The notes under the pieces: model-generated
The model's input: only the letters and a program-made list of their open reading frames with translations
What the model was told of the DNA's origin: nothing
The model's database searches: none
Virus record (IMG/VR): IMGVR_UViG_3300045988_114220
Reading direction: 5' to 3' (one strand)
Origin: a virus
DNA length: 59,525 nucleotides
Made by a program: the position numbers and the translations under genes
Shown: one piece after another, positions 28,127 through 36,452 of the stretch
Layout: each line of letters begins with the position of its first letter
Position numbering within the stretch: the first letter of the stretch is position 1

Positions 28127-28500
28127 TGAGAGGTGCAAAACCGGAACTGCTGAAAGAACTCTCTAAATACTCGAAAGAGGACATAATCGAGGCTCTCGGA
28201 CGGCAATACCAAGCGGATTTTATCATCAGCGGCATTGTAGGCGACCTTGAATATATAGCCTCAAAAAGACTGCTCGACGAACACGGTAAGGCTATTAAAG
28301 CACGCGAGGACGCTTTTGGAGCGTATGTGGAGTGGCGCAATCAAATGTGCATAGCCTACGGCGACGGCAAAAGCGTTAAATTGACAAATATACCGCCGAA
28401 AGAAATAACAAAAGGCACAGCCCTTGTAAGAGCGTTAAAAAGTGCAACCGAAGCCGAGCAGAAACTCGACAAAAAAATCAGCAAAATGCTGAAAATTTAG
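28126..28500 (+). CDS. Hypothetical protein
   Basis: Coupled start. Confidence 0.45.
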   Translation: MRGAKPELLKELSKYSKEDIIEALGRQYQADFIISGIVGDLEYIASKRLLDEHGKAIKAREDAFGAYVEWRNQMCIAYGDGKSVKLTNIPPKEITKGTALVRALKSATEAEQKLDKKISKMLKI

Positions 28501-28513
28501 GAGGACAATAAAT

Positions 28514-28837
28514 ATGAAAAACATATCAGAACTCTCCGACCTTATGTTGGAAATTCTCGAAAGCTGCCCGGATTTTAAGTTAAATCCGCGAGGGATTGAG
28601 ATAATCAATGAGATTGCGGATTACGCCGAGCAGACAGACATATTCAAAGCAAACAAGGAACGCGGCGAAATCTTTGACGGGCAGACTGCAAAAAACATAT
28701 TTTGTTATATGCTCGACCGCGTTGTAAATGCACCAACGGTATTACATAGAAATTCGAGCGTAATTCTTATTATGCCGTTTGTAAGAAAAAGACTGAACGA
28801 AGAAATGGCAGGAGGAAACGATAATGTCAAAAATTAA
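28514..28837 (+). CDS. Hypothetical protein
   Basis: RBS AGGAGGACAATAAATATG. Confidence 0.45.
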   Translation: MKNISELSDLMLEILESCPDFKLNPRGIEIINEIADYAEQTDIFKANKERGEIFDGQTAKNIFCYMLDRVVNAPTVLHRNSSVILIMPFVRKRLNEEMAGGNDNVKN

Positions 28838-29948
28838 AATCACAGCAGAAAACAACATTCAGTTTGAAGCGGAGGGCGAAGACCGTTTCGTGCAGGAAGA
28901 ACGCAGAGCCTTTATGGAAATGCTCGCCGACAAAAACACGGTCAAGGCGGTTAAAGCGGTACAGGAAGCAATCACACCCCGCACGGTCCGCCCGGACGGG
29001 CTTGCAGAGGAAACAGTAGTCATTTACGACGACTACGGTATTCCCTCGATTATGAGGAAAATCAGCAAGGTAACAAACGCAGAGTTATTCGGCGGCGCAA
29101 ACAAAACGCACTCGGCGTTTATTATCGACGGCGAGGAATACGACGAGATTTATATTTCCGTATATCCGAACTGCGTTATCAACGGCCGCCCCTATTCTCT
29201 GCCTTATATGAAACCGTGGACGGACCTGACAAATGACGCGGCAGCAAAGGCGTGTTTCAGCAAGGGCGACGGTTGGCATTTAATGACGGCGGCAGAATGG
29301 GGACTCGTAGCGAATATCTGCAACCGGGACGGCACATATCCGCACGGCAACACGAAACACGGTAAATATCACGCAGACCCGTCCGAGGAGGGCGCTACAT
29401 TCGACGGAGGCACAGGCAAAACCCTCACGGGAAGCGGGCCGGCGACGTGGACGCACAATCACAAGCCGGACGGCATACACGACCTCTGCGGCAATGTGTG
29501 GGAAATGATTAGAGGCCTCCGCATTATTAACGGAAAAATCGAAGTCGCAAAGGACAATAACGCCGCACTTGACATTGACCTCACCGAAGCGGGCGACGAT
29601 TGGCAGCCTCTCACCGCTCCGAACGGTAAGCCGATAAATTTCTCCGTAGGCGACGATTTCAAATTCACAACGGACGAGCCGGAGGACGGCTACAACGGGA
29701 CCGAATGGGAAAATGTTTACTCGGATTTCGGATTTTCGGACGAACTCAAAGAACTTGCACTCTACCCCGGAGAAGACAACGCCTATCTGTATGTAGATAG
29801 CACCGAGGGCGAATATCTGCCGTATCGTGGTGGCAGCTGGAACAACGGGGCGAATGCGGGCGTGTTCTACACGAATTTGGATGGCGGGCGCACGGCTGCG
29901 GGCGGCGGCGTCGGTTTCCGCTCCGCTTATTTCAAAAAGAAAGACTGA
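28824..29948 (+). CDS. Remote DGR target protein with an FGE/C-type-lectin-fold C-terminus carrying VR1
   Basis: C-terminal YRGGSWNNGANAGVFYTNLDGGRTAAGGGVGFRSAYF. The GDGWHLMTAAEWG core is paralogous to the tail-fibre target 57822..58892. Confidence 0.85.
   Translation: MSKIKITAENNIQFEAEGEDRFVQEERRAFMEMLADKNTVKAVKAVQEAITPRTVRPDGLAEETVVIYDDYGIPSIMRKISKVTNAELFGGANKTHSAFIIDGEEYDEIYISVYPNCVINGRPYSLPYMKPWTDLTNDAAAKACFSKGDGWHLMTAAEWGLVANICNRDGTYPHGNTKHGKYHADPSEEGATFDGGTGKTLTGSGPATWTHNHKPDGIHDLCGNVWEMIRGLRIINGKIEVAKDNNAALDIDLTEAGDDWQPLTAPNGKPINFSVGDDFKFTTDEPEDGYNGTEWENVYSDFGFSDELKELALYPGEDNAYLYVDSTEGEYLPYRGGSWNNGANAGVFYTNLDGGRTAAGGGVGFRSAYFKKKD
29819..29928 (+). repeat. DGR variable repeat VR1
   Basis: Aligns to TR 59382..59490 with 14 mismatches, all at TR adenines. 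The 3' block cggtttccgctccgct is identical. Confidence 0.85.
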
Positions 29949-29970
29949 CAACTGATTACTGAAAAACTGT

Positions 29971-29993
29971 CGGGGCGGTCGAAAGACCGCTCC
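29971..29993 (+). other. GC-rich hairpin (GAAA loop) 43 nt downstream of VR1
   Basis: ggggcggtc-gaaa-gaccgctcc. Confidence 0.5.
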
Positions 29994-30011
29994 ACAGAGA
30001 AAGGAAACGAT

Positions 30012-30431
30012 ATGCCCGAAAGAATTTATACAGCGCCGTACACTTGCGTATCGTGCGGCGGACCGAAGACGAGGACGGAGGACGACCTCTGCCCCGCTTG
30101 TATCGAAAAGGCAAAGCGGAGCGCGGAAATCAAAATGGACGAGGCAACCCTACGCAGAGCAATCGCCGCATACGGTAAAAACGCACAGGTGGATATGGCG
30201 ATAGAGGAAATGAGCGAACTGACAAAGGCACTATGCAAGGAGCGGAGGTATGAACTCGTAAAAGGGACACACGCCGAGGCTCACGCAAATGTTATCGAGG
30301 AAATTGCAGATGTGCTGATTATGTGCAGGCAACTGCTCATTATTTTCGACCGGGACGAAGAAATCCAAGCCGAAATCAATTACAAAATTCAGCGCCTCAA
30401 ACAGAGGCTCGACAAACGAGAGGAGCAATAA
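30012..30431 (+). CDS. MazG-like nucleotide pyrophosphohydrolase with N-terminal zinc ribbon
   Basis: Contains EEMSELTKAL...EEIADVLIM and CVSCGG...CPAC. Confidence 0.45.
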   Translation: MPERIYTAPYTCVSCGGPKTRTEDDLCPACIEKAKRSAEIKMDEATLRRAIAAYGKNAQVDMAIEEMSELTKALCKERRYELVKGTHAEAHANVIEEIADVLIMCRQLLIIFDRDEEIQAEINYKIQRLKQRLDKREEQ

Positions 30432-30434
30432 TCT

Positions 30435-30830
30435 ATGAATATGGTTGTTTTGGTAGGAAGAACTACCACCGACATTGAGTTAAAGACCACACCGAACGGC
30501 GTTTCGGTTGCGTCGTTCGTATTAGTGGTTGACCGCAGAACAAAAGAGGACGCGGCGGACTTTCCGACCGTGGTGGCGTGGAGGCAGACGGCGGAATTTG
30601 CCTCGAAGTATATCCAAAAGGGGCGCAAAATCGTCGTACAGGGCGAAATCCGTACCCGCAACTATGAAGACCGGGACGGAAAGAAACGAAAGGTCACGGA
30701 GATACACGCGACGAATATTGAGTTTGCGGATAGCAAGCCGACCACAGGCAACGGAAACAGCACAACGACCGCACCGGGACCGGCAGAGGGCTTTGACGAA
30801 ATCCCCGGCGACGAAGATTTACCGTTTTGA
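30435..30830 (+). CDS. ssb: Single-stranded DNA-binding protein
   Basis: OB-fold MNMVVLVGRTTTDIELKTTPNGVSVASF...VVAWR and an acidic C-terminal tail DEDLPF. Confidence 0.85.
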   Translation: MNMVVLVGRTTTDIELKTTPNGVSVASFVLVVDRRTKEDAADFPTVVAWRQTAEFASKYIQKGRKIVVQGEIRTRNYEDRDGKKRKVTEIHATNIEFADSKPTTGNGNSTTTAPGPAEGFDEIPGDEDLPF

Positions 30831-31045
30831 TTAGAAAAGTAAAACTCACGCCGGAGGACAAAAGGATATTCGCAACAGAGGTAAAGAAACTCTCCGCCCC
30901 GGAATTTGTGCAGCTGACAAAAGAACTTGAAATTTTCAAAGAACGATTTACCGCCGAGGATTGGAAATATATCTGCTCGCACACAGGACGGAGAGCGGAG
31001 CGGCTGTTGCGAAATGTAGCCGAGCATTACAGTTTTGACGATTAG
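30827..31045 (+). CDS. Hypothetical protein
   Basis: Coupled start. Confidence 0.4.
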   Translation: MIRKVKLTPEDKRIFATEVKKLSAPEFVQLTKELEIFKERFTAEDWKYICSHTGRRAERLLRNVAEHYSFDD

Positions 31046-31058
31046 GAGGAATAACACA

Positions 31059-31331
31059 ATGGCAAAGAAAAGAAATTGCAGACGAACCCCGGAAGAAATC
31101 GAAATTCACGAGGAGGCGGTAAAACTGCGTAAAATGACGGACGAGCAGCTCGTAATGGCGTTCAGAGCCTCCTCTGCCTCCTCTCGTGGCGTTTCGGAGA
31201 AACCCATAGAGAAGAACACGGACGGAGTGAAAATGCTGATTGAGGGGCTTTCTCGTGGCGATTGCAAGGGCGTAAAGGGAGCGACCGCATACAAGATTGC
31301 GGAATATGCCGAAGAAATGGGGCTGATGTAA
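31059..31331 (+). CDS. Hypothetical protein
   Basis: RBS AGGAGGAATAACACAATG. Confidence 0.4.
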   Translation: MAKKRNCRRTPEEIEIHEEAVKLRKMTDEQLVMAFRASSASSRGVSEKPIEKNTDGVKMLIEGLSRGDCKGVKGATAYKIAEYAEEMGLM

Positions 31332-31837
31332 TGGACGCAAAGCGACACCAACACACCATACAGGGGTATAGGAACAAATACAACGGGCAGTTATTTGAGA
31401 ATATCATAACCGCCTCCTGCCATTATTACTATCAGCAGAAAAAGGCGCTTATAATCAAAACGCCCGAACCTATGAAACCGATAAAAGACCTCGGCGGCGG
31501 AAAATTTGTCGCATATTACGAGAAACACGCACAGCCAGACTACAAAGGGACATTCAGCACCGGGCAAACGGTTATTTTCGACGCAAAGCACACCGAGGAG
31601 GACCGTTTGAAACAGTCGGCGGTAACCCCGGCGCAGACAGAGTCGCTGAACAAGCACTACGATTTTGGGGCGCGTTGCTTTATAGTCGTGTCATTCGGTT
31701 TTCAACAATTTTTCAATGTCCCGTGGGAAGTTTTCCGGGAAATGAAAGAGCGATACGGACGAAAGTACATAAAGCCGGAGGATATTCCCGAATACCGGGT
31801 ACAATTCGACGGAAGCATAGTAAAATTTTTAGGATAG
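31331..31837 (+). CDS. recU: RecU-like Holliday-junction resolvase
   Basis: IIKTPEPMKP...DYKGTF...VIFDAKHTEE...CFIVVSF matches the RecU core. Confidence 0.7.
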   Translation: MDAKRHQHTIQGYRNKYNGQLFENIITASCHYYYQQKKALIIKTPEPMKPIKDLGGGKFVAYYEKHAQPDYKGTFSTGQTVIFDAKHTEEDRLKQSAVTPAQTESLNKHYDFGARCFIVVSFGFQQFFNVPWEVFREMKERYGRKYIKPEDIPEYRVQFDGSIVKFLG

Positions 31838-31848
31838 GAGGAAACACT

Positions 31849-32100
31849 ATGAAACTGTTTCAAAAATGGCGTATCAGAAAGCACCGACAGGAAATTGAGG
31901 AACGCATAGAGGAATACAATACTGCGCTCGCCTCTCTTTCGGAAGCAGCCGCCGGACTGCTGAAAGTCGCCGAAAGCTGCAACATCTCCACCGAAACGCT
32001 ACGGCAGACGGTTGAGCAGATGAAAGAAATCGCAGAGAAAGCGGCAATCACGCCGGAGGACCTGCAGAGAGGAGGAACAAAGCATTATGGGAAAGAGTAA
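31849..32100 (+). CDS. Hypothetical protein
   Basis: RBS TAGGAGGAAACACTATG. Confidence 0.4.
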   Translation: MKLFQKWRIRKHRQEIEERIEEYNTALASLSEAAAGLLKVAESCNISTETLRQTVEQMKEIAEKAAITPEDLQRGGTKHYGKE

Positions 32101-32755
32101 ATCCGAACTCGAATTGCAGAACATAATTCAGACGGCCGTAACAGCAGCTTTTGAGGTTGCAAATCAGAATATCGAGGAGAAATTGCAGAAAGCGGTTGAA
32201 CTCGGAACAAAAATAGGCGCAGCCGTCGGAGCGGAAGTCGGAGCGAAAGCGGCGGTAAAGGCCGTGGAGCGCGAGAAAAAGAGAGTCAGAGAAAGACTGT
32301 ACGACAGACGCTATCACAACACCAAACTCCTCTTGCAGAATTACAGACACCTCAATGAGCATTTCAAGAACGCTATTTTTGAAATAGAGCAGGCAGAAGA
32401 ATTCGACGAAACATTCTACGACATTATGGAATGTATGAACAGCCGAGGATATGACGACGAGATTTATGTGGAGGGCATTAAGCAAAGCACTATCCGCACG
32501 AAAATCATAATGACGCACGTAAACCGTATGCTCGACATCTATGGGATTATGTGTGAAAGGTCAAGCCGAGAGGACGATAAGCGTCACTACCGTATTTTGA
32601 GGGCAATGTATATCGACGAAACACCAACCACAGCGCAGGCAATAGCAGACCGGGAGAAAATCGACAAAAGAACGGTATACAGGGACATTGACGCGGCTAC
32701 GGCCTGCCTCACCTCGTTACTTTACGGCGCAGACGGACTTGACAAAATGAAATGA
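32087..32755 (+). CDS. Putative late-gene transcriptional activator (ArpU/sigma-region-4-like C-terminal HTH)
   Basis: The C-terminus is TPTTAQAIADREKIDKRTVYRDIDAATACLTSLL. It precedes a strong promoter and the packaging genes. Confidence 0.45.
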   Translation: MGKSKSELELQNIIQTAVTAAFEVANQNIEEKLQKAVELGTKIGAAVGAEVGAKAAVKAVEREKKRVRERLYDRRYHNTKLLLQNYRHLNEHFKNAIFEIEQAEEFDETFYDIMECMNSRGYDDEIYVEGIKQSTIRTKIIMTHVNRMLDIYGIMCERSSREDDKRHYRILRAMYIDETPTTAQAIADREKIDKRTVYRDIDAATACLTSLLYGADGLDKMK

Positions 32756-32780
32756 CCCGCTCCGTGTCACAAACTCGCCA

Positions 32781-32810
32781 TTGACGTGTCAATACGGCGT
32801 GTGGTATAAT
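32781..32810 (+). promoter_or_regulatory. Promoter TTGACG-18-TATAAT
   Basis: TTGACG at 32781-32786 and TATAAT at 32805-32810. Confidence 0.55.
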
Positions 32811-32920
32811 GTAAACTGTAAAATTACAGATACGGCCGCTCGGCGAAAACCGGGCGGCTATATTTTTTACCTTGCAATGCCCCGAATTGGGACAATTCAA
32901 ACAAAAAGAGGTGCGTACCT

Positions 32921-33511
32921 ATGGAGATACGCAAAGTTAAAGTAAGCGATTTGCGGCCGGCGGAGTACAATCCGAGGCAGGACCTCAAACCCGGTGACCG
33001 CGAATACGAAAAAATCGCTCGCTCTATCGACGAGTTTGGGTATGTAGAGCCGATTGTGTGGAACGAAACAACGGGAAACATTGTAGGCGGACACCAAAGG
33101 CTCAAAATCCTTATTGAGCGAGGCGAAACCGAGGTGGAGGTTTCGGTCGTAAGACTGAACGAACACGACGAAAAGGTGCTGAATGTTGCGCTGAACAAAA
33201 TTACCGGGCGTTGGGACACCGGGAAACTGACCGACTTGCTGAAAGAATTGCAGGCGGAGGGCGCAATGGAGGTAACGGGCTTTGAAGATTGGGAACTCGA
33301 CGCATTGAGTATGCAGTACGACCATATCGACGATTTGCTCAACGAGGATTTCTCGGAGTTTGCCGCCAAAGAGCCGAAAGACACCTTTACAATGACATTT
33401 ACCCTCCCGGAAGATGTAAAAACCGCCGTACAGGAATATATCGAAACGACACCGAACGCAAAAGCGGAACTTGCTACGGCGATTATCAACAAGGTTAAGG
33501 GGGTGTCATAA
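32921..33511 (+). CDS. ParB/Srx-like nuclease-domain protein, paralog 1
   Basis: Contains DLRPAEYNPRQ and VGGHQRL. Confidence 0.75.
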   Translation: MEIRKVKVSDLRPAEYNPRQDLKPGDREYEKIARSIDEFGYVEPIVWNETTGNIVGGHQRLKILIERGETEVEVSVVRLNEHDEKVLNVALNKITGRWDTGKLTDLLKELQAEGAMEVTGFEDWELDALSMQYDHIDDLLNEDFSEFAAKEPKDTFTMTFTLPEDVKTAVQEYIETTPNAKAELATAIINKVKGVS

Positions 33512-34081
33512 ATGATTATCGCAAAGAAACGCATAGACGAAATGGACCGGGCGAAGTATAACCCGCGAATTGAACTGCGACCGGGCGACGACGAATACGA
33601 GAAGCTGCACGGCAATATTCTCCGTTTCGGAATGGTGTTACCTATCGTATGGAACGAGAGGACGAACACGGTCGTCGGAGGACATCAGCGCCTCACCGTT
33701 TTGGAAAACGACGGCGTGGAGGAGGTTGAGGTATCGGTAGTAAACCTCGACGAGAAGCAGGAAAAGCAGCTTAATATCGCCCTCAATAAGACGGGCGGTA
33801 ATTGGGACGAGGCAAAACTCACGGCGTTGCTCGACGAACTCGGCGACGACGCACTCGAAACGGGATTTAGCGAAATGGAAATTGAGGCGTTACAGAACGA
33901 CATTGACGACCTCGTAGACGGAGGATTTCTGAACGACGAATTATCGACGCTCGAAAAACTCTTTAACCTGTCACTCACATTCAATTCGGCGGACCGTGCG
34001 GACATTAACGCATATATCAAGGACTACGGAAAAGAGGACCTTGTGAAAGTGATTATCCAAAAAGTGAGAGGAGAGATATAA
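33512..34081 (+). CDS. ParB/Srx-like nuclease-domain protein, paralog 2
   Basis: Contains YNPRIELRPGDDEYEKL, VGGHQRL and LNIALNKTGGNWD. It is in tandem with paralog 1. Confidence 0.75.
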   Translation: MIIAKKRIDEMDRAKYNPRIELRPGDDEYEKLHGNILRFGMVLPIVWNERTNTVVGGHQRLTVLENDGVEEVEVSVVNLDEKQEKQLNIALNKTGGNWDEAKLTALLDELGDDALETGFSEMEIEALQNDIDDLVDGGFLNDELSTLEKLFNLSLTFNSADRADINAYIKDYGKEDLVKVIIQKVRGEI

Positions 34082-35100
34082 TGGGGTGCATTTGCGGAAG
34101 CCAAGCAATCCTATGCAACCTACCTATTCGCTTTGACACCTACAAGGGGTGTAGTCACGGTTGCCGATATTGCTTTGCACAGAAAAAGCAGGACATAGCC
34201 AAAATCGGAAAAGGTGAAACGGCGGAAAGCCTGCGGAATTTTATCGAGGGAAAGCGCACCGACACGACGAATTGGTGCGATTGGAAAATCCCCATTCATT
34301 GGGGCGGAATGAGCGACCCGTTTCAGCCTATCGAACGGAAATACAGAGTATCGTATGAGTGCTTGAAGCTGCTCGCCGAAACGAAGTACCCATTTGTCGT
34401 AAGCACAAAGGGCCGACTTGTGGCAACGCCGGACTACATAGAACTGCTGTCGAAATGCAACTGCGTCGTACAGATTTCTATGGTGTGCAGTAAATACGAC
34501 AAACTCGAAAGAGGTTGCCCGCCTTATGAGGAGCGCCTCGAAATGGTGCGGAAACTCGCCCCGAAAGTACAGAGAGTCGTTGTCAGAATTCAGCCGTATA
34601 TGTTGGAAGTATTCGACGACGTGATGAAAAACATTCCCCGCCTCGCAGAAGCAGGCGTATACGGAGTTGTCGTAGAGGGAATGAAATTTTTTAAGGCAAA
34701 AGAGGGTATGGTGAAAATCGGAGGCGATTATTGCTATCCTCTGCCGCGTATCCGCAGAGATTTTGAGGCTATCCGAGCGGAGTGCCACCGAAACGGCATT
34801 AAATTCTACGCGGGAGAAAATAGGCTGCGCGCAATGGGCGACAATATGTGCTGTTGCGGCATAGACGGCCTGCCCGATTTCAAGGGAAACGACTACAACC
34901 TATGTATGCTATTGAATGGTAAAAACCCACAGCCGACGGAACTTATGAAAACAGTCGGGACCGGCGGTTGCTTCAAGGCTCTTAATCAGAGCGCAGGAAG
35001 CAGCAGAAAACTCACGAAGCAGTCTTTTTACGGGCTTATGCAAGAAGAACTCGCAACAAAACTTGATTACCATAGAAAGGTGTTCGGACTTGACGAATAG
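34081..35100 (+). CDS. SPL-type radical SAM protein, copy B
   Basis: Contains YKGCSHGCRYCFA. Confidence 0.7.
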   Translation: MGCICGSQAILCNLPIRFDTYKGCSHGCRYCFAQKKQDIAKIGKGETAESLRNFIEGKRTDTTNWCDWKIPIHWGGMSDPFQPIERKYRVSYECLKLLAETKYPFVVSTKGRLVATPDYIELLSKCNCVVQISMVCSKYDKLERGCPPYEERLEMVRKLAPKVQRVVVRIQPYMLEVFDDVMKNIPRLAEAGVYGVVVEGMKFFKAKEGMVKIGGDYCYPLPRIRRDFEAIRAECHRNGIKFYAGENRLRAMGDNMCCCGIDGLPDFKGNDYNLCMLLNGKNPQPTELMKTVGTGGCFKALNQSAGSSRKLTKQSFYGLMQEELATKLDYHRKVFGLDE

Positions 35101-35935
35101 CCTCACCCCGGTACAAGAAATAAACGGACTGCTGATGAAGCGTGAGGACCTTTACGCTCCTTTCGGGAGAGGAGAGGTAAACGGAGGAAAACTGAGGCAA
35201 TGTATGATGTTGACGGATAGCGTCCTCGCTGCCGACAATGGCGTACAATGCCTCTTTACTTATTGTAGCATACATTCACCACAAGCGCCGATAACGGCCG
35301 CCTCTGCCCGTTCTCACGGCTTGCCCTGCTACATTGTATACGGAGGAGGAAAAGCAGAGAATGTTAAAACATTGCCTATGCCGCGATTGGCAATGAAATA
35401 CGGCGCTCAAATAATTATCGGAGCGAGGAGCGGGCGGCATAATGTTCTTTATGCGGCTACGAAGCCTCTTTCCGAGAAAAAACGCGGATTTATAGTACAA
35501 TACGGCATTAACCTCGTAGGCTATGGTGATGTACTTCTCGACGCTGTATCAGCACAGGTTGAAAATATCCCGAATGAGATAGAAAATCTTGTTATGACTT
35601 GCGGAAGCGGAATAACCGCCTCCGGCGTAATGATAGGACTACACAAATACGGGAAAAAGGTCAAGAATGTTCACCTCGTAGCAACCGCCCCAGACAGACG
35701 AGCGTTTATACACGCAAATTTAAGGCAATACGGAGCGGACAGAGAATTTCATTATCACAGTCTATTCCATACGCCCGGATTTGTATATGAAAAAGGCGCA
35801 AAGGCGGTATGGGGGGGTCTAACGCTTCACCCACATTACGAGGCGAAGACAATGCAATGGTTTATGCAAAGCGGACTCAACCCCTCCGACACCCTCTTTT
35901 GGATAGTCGGCGCAGAGCCGTCGAATAGAGCGTAA
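35088..35935 (+). CDS. PLP-dependent fold-type-II enzyme (ACC deaminase/D-cysteine desulfhydrase-like)
   Basis: Contains LMKREDLYAPFGRGEVNGGKLRQ. The start is uncertain: TTG at 35088 after AAAGGTG, with alternatives at 35063 and ATG 35135. Confidence 0.5.
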
Positions 35936-35948
35936 AGGAGGGAGGAAA

Positions 35949-36452
35949 ATGCCAAGTTATACCAATAGCACAGCCCCGTGGGAACGACAAAAGGGAGAAA
36001 GCGAAAAGGCATACGAGGCGTTTTCCTTGTATCTCAAATTAGGGGCGGAACGCACAATTTCGGCGGTGGTAAAAGAGTTAAAAAAAAGTAGGAGTTTAAT
36101 CGACCGTTGGAAAGACCGTTGGGATTGGGAAGAAAGAGTACGCGAATACGACAACGACACCGAGCGGAAAGCAAAAAAAGAAGCGGAAAAAGGACTGCGG
36201 GAAATGTATACCCGACAGGTCAAGGTCGCTATGACAATGCAGGCCAAAGCGCTGAAAGCGTTGGATATGCTTGATGTTGAGGCTATGTCGCCGAAAGACA
36301 TAAAAGAGTATATCAAGATAGCGACGGACCTTGAACGCCTTAACCGCACTATGAGCGCAGGCAAGGCAGACGAAGCGGCGCAGAATACCGAGAGCATAGC
36401 GGATATGATAACCTCCGCTTATGAAAAGCGCAAAGGAGGCGGCGGAGTATGA
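35949..36452 (+). CDS. Terminase small subunit (putative)
   Basis: Immediately upstream of TerL. HTH-like N-terminus. RBS GGAGGGAGG. Confidence 0.55.
   Translation: MPSYTNSTAPWERQKGESEKAYEAFSLYLKLGAERTISAVVKELKKSRSLIDRWKDRWDWEERVREYDNDTERKAKKEAEKGLREMYTRQVKVAMTMQAKALKALDMLDVEAMSPKDIKEYIKIATDLERLNRTMSAGKADEAAQNTESIADMITSAYEKRKGGGGV

Noticed and set aside
29280-29951. 223-aa minus-strand ORF over DGR target 1
   Set aside because: It is antisense to a gene supported by the VR and CLec motifs.
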